DNA from: Balneolales bacterium
Lineage (GTDB): Bacteria; Bacteroidota; Rhodothermia; Balneolales; HLUCCA01
Direction of reading: 5' to 3'
Length of the DNA stretch: 35,697 nucleotides
NCBI GenBank assembly: GCA_022565415.1
Contig: JAIUMT010000001.1
Coordinates: forward strand, 1-35,697
A program made the translations under genes and the position numbers. Positions 30,965 through 35,697 of this stretch are shown here, piece by piece. Below the pieces are notes generated by a model. That model searched no databases. It worked only from the letters and a program-made list of their open reading frames with translations, and had not been told where the DNA came from. The stretch's first letter is position 1, and every line of letters begins with the position of its first letter.

Positions 30965-31127
30965 TTGGGCTCTTACTCTATATATGTAATGTTTTCTTAA
31001 AAAAAAATGTATGTAAGTAAGGGGCTTTGTGCTTTTTTGCCTAAAAACCTTAGTTCTTGCAACAATGCAACAAGTTTTACCTGTTTTTTTTGAAAAGTGG
31101 TATTTCATGGGCAAAAAAAGTTTTTTT

Positions 31128-33425
31128 CTAGAATGCTGGGGTAAATTCATCATTTTGGCCACTTTCCGATTTAGTATAGTTTGGTGCTTTGAATGCGTAG
31201 GAAAAACGCTGATCAATATTCTTGCTACTGATCTTATATCCACGTTGCTTCTGCTGGCTTTCAATGCCGTCCGCTCGCCAACTATACACCGGTCCCTCTG
31301 GGTTTTCTGATAGCTTAGCAATCACTTTTCGTACCTCGTGTTTTGGTACTGTTTTGATGTTCTTGAAGCTCTCGTAGATTTCCCATATTCCACTCCAGTA
31401 AAGAATTAGATCACCGTCTTTAGTCCAGTGGTAGTGTTTGCCGTAAATCTTACCAGAATCAACCAGGTAACCCACAGTGGATAGGAAAGAAGCAAGGTGA
31501 TCATCCTGTTGGCTTTCAGCTGCATTATCGACCAGGAACTGTACACCGGATTTCATGGCCAGGCTATTTTTAGATAATGTTTCGTACTGGTGCTCGTAAA
31601 ACTCCTGCATCTCCTTTGAGTTGTCCTTGTCGAGTGCACGTTCTTGGTTATCCTTTAGCTCTTTTGTCAATCCAGTCAGGTAGTTGTAGACAACGGTCAT
31701 GGCTGCCAACTGCTCACTCTGCCTGTCGTAAATCTGATATTTCACTCCGGTTTCGTTCGATTTACGTGCTACAATCTCGGTTGCCTCCATATGCAGCATC
31801 CCTTTGTAGCGTGCCAGTTCACCATGTAGCTCGTCTCGATCGACGTTATTCATGCGAACCATTGCAGCAATAAACAAGTGCTGCAGTAGTTTGCGTCGTT
31901 CAGCCAGCCAAAAGTAGTTCGATTCGGCGCCACGCTTGTCCTGAGCGTACTCAATCTTGATAGCACGTGAGTTTAGGTGGTCTTCGATCGGCAGGTAGTT
32001 TGAGGTAAACAGAACCATCGATCGCACAACCTTCTTCTCGTTGCGTTTTCGATTAGCAGCGCTCGATGTATTCCGGGGAATCAAATGAAACCAGGTATTG
32101 AATACCTGGTCGGTTACTTTCACCTTTTTACCCATGCCGTCCGGGTAGAATTCATCCAACCAGGTAGGAATTTTACTGTTCGAACTCAACACGTTCTCCA
32201 GGGCTCGCACAGTCGGCTCAGACATCGAAGCAATGGTATTAATACCAAAGAAACTGAGTATGATTTCAGCAATCTTACCTTTCCCGGAGTTGGCCGGACC
32301 ATAGATATACATGTAGATGATGTGATTGTACGCTTTCATCATATCATCGAAGAGCAAATACGAAAACACGTAGTTAAAGATGATGTTTCCCTCATACATC
32401 TTCGTTTTCGCCGTACCAGAAACCATTTCACAGATGTGATCATGAACCTTTCGAAGTTGGTAGAGAAACTCTTTATCGTCTTCGATCAGTGCTTTAATCA
32501 GCTCCATGTCCTTAGTGTACAAACCGGTCTGCGAATCTACCAGATCAAGATCAAGCTTGGGTGCATTGAGTAAATTCTCATCAAGGGCTATGTACTCATC
32601 GTTCTCAATAAAAAAAGCTCCCTGCTCATTGGGTGCAATCATCGTAAACGGCTTCATTTGATCTTTACGATAATTCGGGATTCGTATCAGGCAATCTTGG
32701 GTAATGTAGTAATCCACACCTTTGTGCTTAATCCGTCCGCAATAGTCATACTGTGTGATCACACTCGGCTTATAGTGCTGCGCCAGATGCCGGAAGAATG
32801 CCTGTGTTTGCTTATCGGTTTGCAAAAACACCTGAAGCATTTCCAGTTCCCATATTCGCTTTGCAAAGTTCTTCTCATTAAGGGTATCCTCCGGGGTTAG
32901 TCTAACGATTTCGGTGAGGTACCTTCGGCCATTCTTCATGTACTCGACCTGAACCTCATACATGCGTTCCCACCGGTTGATGTCATCGTTGTAGATCTTA
33001 ATTACAGATAAGAAGATCAGGTTGAAATTCGTCACCATTTTTGAGTCGGTGGAATCCTTTCGCTCTCTGCGGTACCAGTGCAAATTCTTGGAATCAAACC
33101 AGAACATAGCATTGGTTTTATCCGATTCGACTTTGCCCTGGTACTTACCAACAAGCACGGCCAGGTGTGAGCTTGCGTCGTCCAGATCAATATCATCACA
33201 CATGGCAACATAGTCGCCTAGTGTATAAACATTGTCTGCTGAGTCTTTACAGGTGCGTTCCTCGATGTCTAATGTCAACAATTCACCTTCGTCATCGAAT
33301 ACATTCGTGCATCCTTCAATAACGGTTGCATCTGCGGTAAAATCGGGTACTTCCGGATACTCTTTTAACACCCATCGCCAGAACTCCGCCGTTTGTACAG
33401 TCTCTAAAAAATTATCGTTACTCAT
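31128..33425 (-). CDS. Replication protein with superfamily-3 helicase domain (P4-alpha/D5-like NTPase), 765 aa
   Basis: Walker A is YIYGPANSGKGK, Walker B is IPTWLDEF and motif C is VLFTSNY. The large N-terminal region has unassigned function (a possible primase/origin-binding part). Confidence 0.8.
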   Translation of the reverse strand: MSNDNFLETVQTAEFWRWVLKEYPEVPDFTADATVIEGCTNVFDDEGELLTLDIEERTCKDSADNVYTLGDYVAMCDDIDLDDASSHLAVLVGKYQGKVESDKTNAMFWFDSKNLHWYRRERKDSTDSKMVTNFNLIFLSVIKIYNDDINRWERMYEVQVEYMKNGRRYLTEIVRLTPEDTLNEKNFAKRIWELEMLQVFLQTDKQTQAFFRHLAQHYKPSVITQYDYCGRIKHKGVDYYITQDCLIRIPNYRKDQMKPFTMIAPNEQGAFFIENDEYIALDENLLNAPKLDLDLVDSQTGLYTKDMELIKALIEDDKEFLYQLRKVHDHICEMVSGTAKTKMYEGNIIFNYVFSYLLFDDMMKAYNHIIYMYIYGPANSGKGKIAEIILSFFGINTIASMSEPTVRALENVLSSNSKIPTWLDEFYPDGMGKKVKVTDQVFNTWFHLIPRNTSSAANRKRNEKKVVRSMVLFTSNYLPIEDHLNSRAIKIEYAQDKRGAESNYFWLAERRKLLQHLFIAAMVRMNNVDRDELHGELARYKGMLHMEATEIVARKSNETGVKYQIYDRQSEQLAAMTVVYNYLTGLTKELKDNQERALDKDNSKEMQEFYEHQYETLSKNSLAMKSGVQFLVDNAAESQQDDHLASFLSTVGYLVDSGKIYGKHYHWTKDGDLILYWSGIWEIYESFKNIKTVPKHEVRKVIAKLSENPEGPVYSWRADGIESQQKQRGYKISSKNIDQRFSYAFKAPNYTKSESGQNDEFTPAF

Positions 33426-33694
33426 ATTGTAGCCTTCTTAAATAAGCGACAGTGAGCATAAAGACGGATATCAGATGCAGAGCTGTTTGTTATGCCAATA
33501 GCCTGGCATTTATAATAGGTGCGTGATTTTTTCCGTAATCGCACGCAAAACTCACAGTGCCGGCACTGGCGTTTGGAATCCCATTGTAGCACGTATCCAA
33601 TTTCCTTTTTGCGTTTATTAATCGGACCACGTACATCCTTTGCGACAATCCGGGTAGGATTCGGATCAAATAGGTCTGGGTGCAAATTGCTCAT
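33422..33694 (-). CDS. Cys-rich zinc-ribbon-like protein (90 aa)
   Basis: CRHCEFC ... YYKCQ ... HC. 4-nt overlap with the helicase gene start. Confidence 0.5.
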   Translation of the reverse strand: MSNLHPDLFDPNPTRIVAKDVRGPINKRKKEIGYVLQWDSKRQCRHCEFCVRLRKKSRTYYKCQAIGITNSSASDIRLYAHCRLFKKATI

Positions 33695-33782
33695 ACCAAT
33701 TCAGTTAAAATGTTAAATACGTCAGTTAAGATGAGGCATACCCGTGTCAGCAGATATACCAATGAGAGAGCGCTTAGGGTAT

Positions 33783-34070
33783 TCAATAGCAGATATCTCG
33801 ATATCGTACCTGCTTGGGGATCCTTTTGAAATTCTTCCGGAACTCGGCTCCCGGATTGCAGTAGCCGGTCACGTGCTTACTAGAAAAGTCAATAACCAGC
33901 TTCTTCAATAAGTCGTCTATGTGATCGATAGTTAAATCTCGTTTCACACGCACACCAATACCGTTCTTACCATTGAATGTCTCGATTAGTATGTAGGTTC
34001 GGGTCTCCCACATATCGTAGCTTACAATAGCTTGTGAGTCCTTGATGGAGGTTAGTTTCTGTTTGCTCAT
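33783..34070 (-). CDS. Hypothetical protein (95 aa)
   Basis: In-operon ORF with a 4-nt overlap with the upstream gene. Confidence 0.5.
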   Translation of the reverse strand: MSKQKLTSIKDSQAIVSYDMWETRTYILIETFNGKNGIGVRVKRDLTIDHIDDLLKKLVIDFSSKHVTGYCNPGAEFRKNFKRIPKQVRYRDICY

Positions 34071-34309
34071 AAAATTCCTTGATTTAGTTTTTCGATCGAT
34101 TCAACCCGATCTTCTGATTGCCGAAGCACTTCCTCGGCTGTTCTGATGCACTTGAGTGATTCCGCAGCCTTGCGAACATCTTGCTCTTTACCGGCAATGG
34201 TGATTTTCTCAGATTCGATTACAACTATCTGCTTTAGCTGCATTGCCCTAGTCAATTCGTTAATACCACTCGATATAATCGGCCGATTTTTTTGTGATGT
34301 TGAATTCAT
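34067..34309 (-). CDS. Hypothetical helical protein (80 aa)
   Basis: In-operon ORF. Confidence 0.5.
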   Translation of the reverse strand: MNSTSQKNRPIISSGINELTRAMQLKQIVVIESEKITIAGKEQDVRKAAESLKCIRTAEEVLRQSEDRVESIEKLNQGIL

Positions 34310-34311
34310 GG

Positions 34312-34695
34312 TCAGTTAATGATCTTAATGAGTATGAATAAAATGATTGCGGATGCCGCGAATATGCTTGCACAAAAGGCAATGTATCGCTGGTCTTGCT
34401 TGATGTACCCGCCATCGTCGATCATGCCTCTGGTGGCTAGCTCATGAATTAGTTGATTGATGAAATCATGGTCTCGCTGATAAAGCGATTCTACACCATG
34501 ATAACTTTGCAGATATGCGAATAAGTAGTTGCGTAGTTCTATTGCGGTGCTACTCATACCGTGCTGGTACACGAAATCGGTCACTTCGTATATGATGTCC
34601 ATGTCCCTGGCATAAAGTGGGAGGGATGAATCGGCAGCGTTCTTACGATAGACTTCCTGAACAGTCGTGCAAATGAGTTCATGCATTGATTTCAT
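34312..34695 (-). CDS. Hypothetical protein with C-terminal TM anchor (127 aa)
   Basis: The ATG at 34695 forms an ATGA overlap with the upstream stop. The C-terminus is YIAFCASIFAASAIILFILIKIIN. Confidence 0.5.
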   Translation of the reverse strand: MKSMHELICTTVQEVYRKNAADSSLPLYARDMDIIYEVTDFVYQHGMSSTAIELRNYLFAYLQSYHGVESLYQRDHDFINQLIHELATRGMIDDGGYIKQDQRYIAFCASIFAASAIILFILIKIIN

Positions 34696-34940
34696 GCTGT
34701 TGGTACCCCGTATTTTTTGATGTGATCTATCCAGTTGCGGAACATCCTGGTAACCGTGTTGTAGTCGGCACATGTGGTGATGAATGTGGCTGTTTTTGCA
34801 GCAAACAAATCCTGTGGCGAGACGATATTAACCTGGATAACGGTCCCGGTATCTTGCTTTGATTTTACTTGAACAGTGGATTCGAATCCGCACTGTGAGG
34901 CTATTTCCTTGATCGTATTGGTGAAGTCTAAAACCAGCAT
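34692..34940 (-). CDS. Hypothetical protein (82 aa)
   Basis: The ATG at 34940 is preceded by a GGAGA Shine-Dalgarno. The longer ORF would overlap the upstream gene. Confidence 0.5.
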   Translation of the reverse strand: MLVLDFTNTIKEIASQCGFESTVQVKSKQDTGTVIQVNIVSPQDLFAAKTATFITTCADYNTVTRMFRNWIDHIKKYGVPTA

Positions 34941-34959
34941 GGTTGTCTCCGTTTGTGTT

Positions 34960-35202
34960 TTATGGTAACTCACTGACGTGAATGAGGTACCTACCATCAA
35001 TCTTTTTCTTTTTTTCAATTATGCCCTTAGAGCAGTAATTGCTGACGGTTTTTGACCGTAACCCCGTCCGGAGTGAGTACTCCTTGACGGTAAGCCATTC
35101 TTTGGGCTTCCGGGAAGCTTGTATCCAGGCTTTGATCGCGTGAATCTGCCTTTCCATGCTCTCTAAGGTCTTGAGCACTTCGTATGTATCTGAATCGTTC
35201 AC
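34960..35202 (-). CDS. Excisionase/AlpA-type HTH DNA-binding protein candidate (80 aa)
   Basis: EWLTVKEYSLRTGLRSKTVSNYCSKGIIEKKKKIDGRYLIHVSEL fits the w-l-t-.-.-E-.-a-...-s-..-T-v-..-w-...-g-.-i-...-k-.-g-.-r-.-l-i pattern of excisionase-family HTH domains. Confidence 0.5.
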   Translation of the reverse strand: MNDSDTYEVLKTLESMERQIHAIKAWIQASRKPKEWLTVKEYSLRTGLRSKTVSNYCSKGIIEKKKKIDGRYLIHVSELP

Positions 35203-35483
35203 GCATTTATTTGATCTTCACGGCCTAGTTGTGCTTCACGCTCTATTTGTTCCTTAATGCGGTAGTACTCATGGTACTTTCGACGTGAATCTTCTATCGT
35301 CTTTTGGATAGAATCGCGTAGCCAGGGCGTCATAGACGACTTTCCTTTGGCCACGGCAATCACAAAGCTGTGACTGACACCTACGCTACCATCGGGTTTC
35401 ACAAGGTTATTCGCGTAGTCGGTAATACTGGTGTTTTCCAGTTTGAGCGCAGTTTTGAGCTGGTTATGTATATTTGATGCCAT
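35199..35483 (-). CDS. Cro-like / early regulator candidate (94 aa)
   Basis: It is the first gene downstream of the TTGACA-17-TATACT promoter and divergent from the CI-like gene. The ATG at 35483 is chosen because the longer ORF would read through the operator/promoter repeats. Confidence 0.45.
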   Translation of the reverse strand: MASNIHNQLKTALKLENTSITDYANNLVKPDGSVGVSHSFVIAVAKGKSSMTPWLRDSIQKTIEDSRRKYHEYYRIKEQIEREAQLGREDQINA

Positions 35484-35495
35484 TTTTTGATTATA

Positions 35496-35510
35496 CTTAC
35501 AAAGTGTTAC
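35496..35510. promoter_or_regulatory. Operator-like site CTTACA-AAG-TGTTAC (inverse copy of 4657-4671); also part of the larger inverted repeat TACTTACA-(17 nt)-TGTAAGTA (35494-35526)
   Basis: Read directly. The outer half-site TGTAAGTA overlaps the -10 hexamer of the minus-strand promoter. Confidence 0.55.
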
Positions 35511-35522
35511 TAACAATATGTA

Positions 35523-35551
35523 AGTATAGTTGGAGTATTCTGAAATGTCAA
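35523..35551 (-). promoter_or_regulatory. Sigma-70-type early promoter: TTGACA (35551-35546), 17-nt spacer, TATACT (35528-35523)
   Basis: The minus strand reads TTGACAtttcagaatactccaacTATACT, about 40 nt upstream of the Cro-like ATG. Confidence 0.7.
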
Positions 35552-35576
35552 CAAAAAAGTATGAGTATTCTGAAAT
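35533..35576 (+). repeat. Direct repeat GAGTATTCTGAAAT x2 (35533-35546 and 35563-35576), 30-bp spacing, in the switch region
   Basis: Read directly. The second copy ends 4 nt before the CI-like ATG (35581, equal to 11) and contains a possible -10 TATTCT. Confidence 0.8.
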
Positions 35577-35697
35577 ATCCATGAGGATATTTTCATTATT
35601 CGATTATCTAAGAGAGCATAAGTCCATGAATTACAGCTCTATACTCAAGGGCGCAGGTATCAATCACTCATTTATGAGTAATATTAAAGCTAGGAAA
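35571..35697. repeat. Terminal overlap, copy 2 (identical to 1-127)
   Basis: Read directly. Confidence 0.95.

Noticed and set aside
30749-31321. The 190-aa minus-strand ORF, the 93-aa plus-strand ORF 31029-31310, and the N-terminal 66 codons of 30426-30950
   Set aside because: They run through the TGTTGC/GCAACA iteron array and AT-rich tracts, giving low-complexity translations rich in Q, C and K. The first also overlaps the 3' end of the helicase gene.
33701-33733. Direct repeat TCAGTTAA(A/G)ATG x2 at 21-bp spacing in the gap before the zinc-ribbon gene
   Set aside because: There are only two 12-nt copies in an AT-rich gap, so this could be chance. It is noted as a possible minor regulator site but is not strong enough to call.
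35484-35582. The N-terminal extension MDISEYSYFFVDISEYS... of ORF 35199-35582
   Set aside because: The repeated DISEYS is the translation of the GAGTATTCTGAAAT direct repeats. The extension also covers the TTGACA/TATACT promoter, so the ATG at 35483 is used.

Overview
The window is a circularly closed replicon. Bases 1-127 recur exactly at 35571-35697, giving a unique length of 35,570 bp. It reads as a temperate phage-like element with three arcs.

(1) Lysogeny and cargo arc, running across the junction to about 7200. It holds a divergent CI-like/Cro-like switch with a near-consensus promoter and operator-like repeats. It also holds an attP-like site built on a 3' tRNA-gene fragment flanked by GGGGTAAC arm repeats, and a tyrosine integrase. 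Three cargo modules sit here: a PstI/BsuBI-like type II R-M pair; a HigB/Gp49-like toxin + XRE antitoxin + SecB-like chaperone operon (TAC type); and an overlapping HEPN-like gene pair.

(2) Early/replication arc on the minus strand (35483 down to 29539). It holds an excisionase-like HTH protein, small unknown proteins, zinc-ribbon proteins, an SF3 (P4-alpha/D5-like) helicase, and a dense TGTTGC/GCAACA iteron array with 11-bp phasing.

(3) A tightly packed minus-strand late operon of about 21 kb (28649 down to 7304). It is preceded by a 10/20-bp phased repeat array, a small secreted-protein gene and an initiator-like tRNA(CAU).

I cannot recognise a terminase, portal, HK97-type capsid or tail gene in the late operon. 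Instead it encodes:
- small beta-rich proteins of 112-251 aa;
- a series of C-terminally anchored small membrane proteins;
- a membrane-anchored lytic transglycosylase and a transglutaminase/papain-fold protein;
- a RecA/RadA-like ATPase with a lysine-rich tail;
- a 2056-aa polyvalent protein (ART-like + N6-adenine MTase + SNF2 helicase);
- a pentapeptide-repeat protein, a beta-helix protein and a GT4 glycosyltransferase;
- a lysis cassette.

The most unusual signal is a short peptide motif, S-G-[YF]-[LI]-[SND]-D, that recurs in at least nine late proteins. It occurs alongside a shared C-terminal anchor pattern. This suggests an undescribed processing or sorting system in what may be a tailless, internal-membrane-containing virus.

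All functional calls come from motif recognition by eye. No searches were run.
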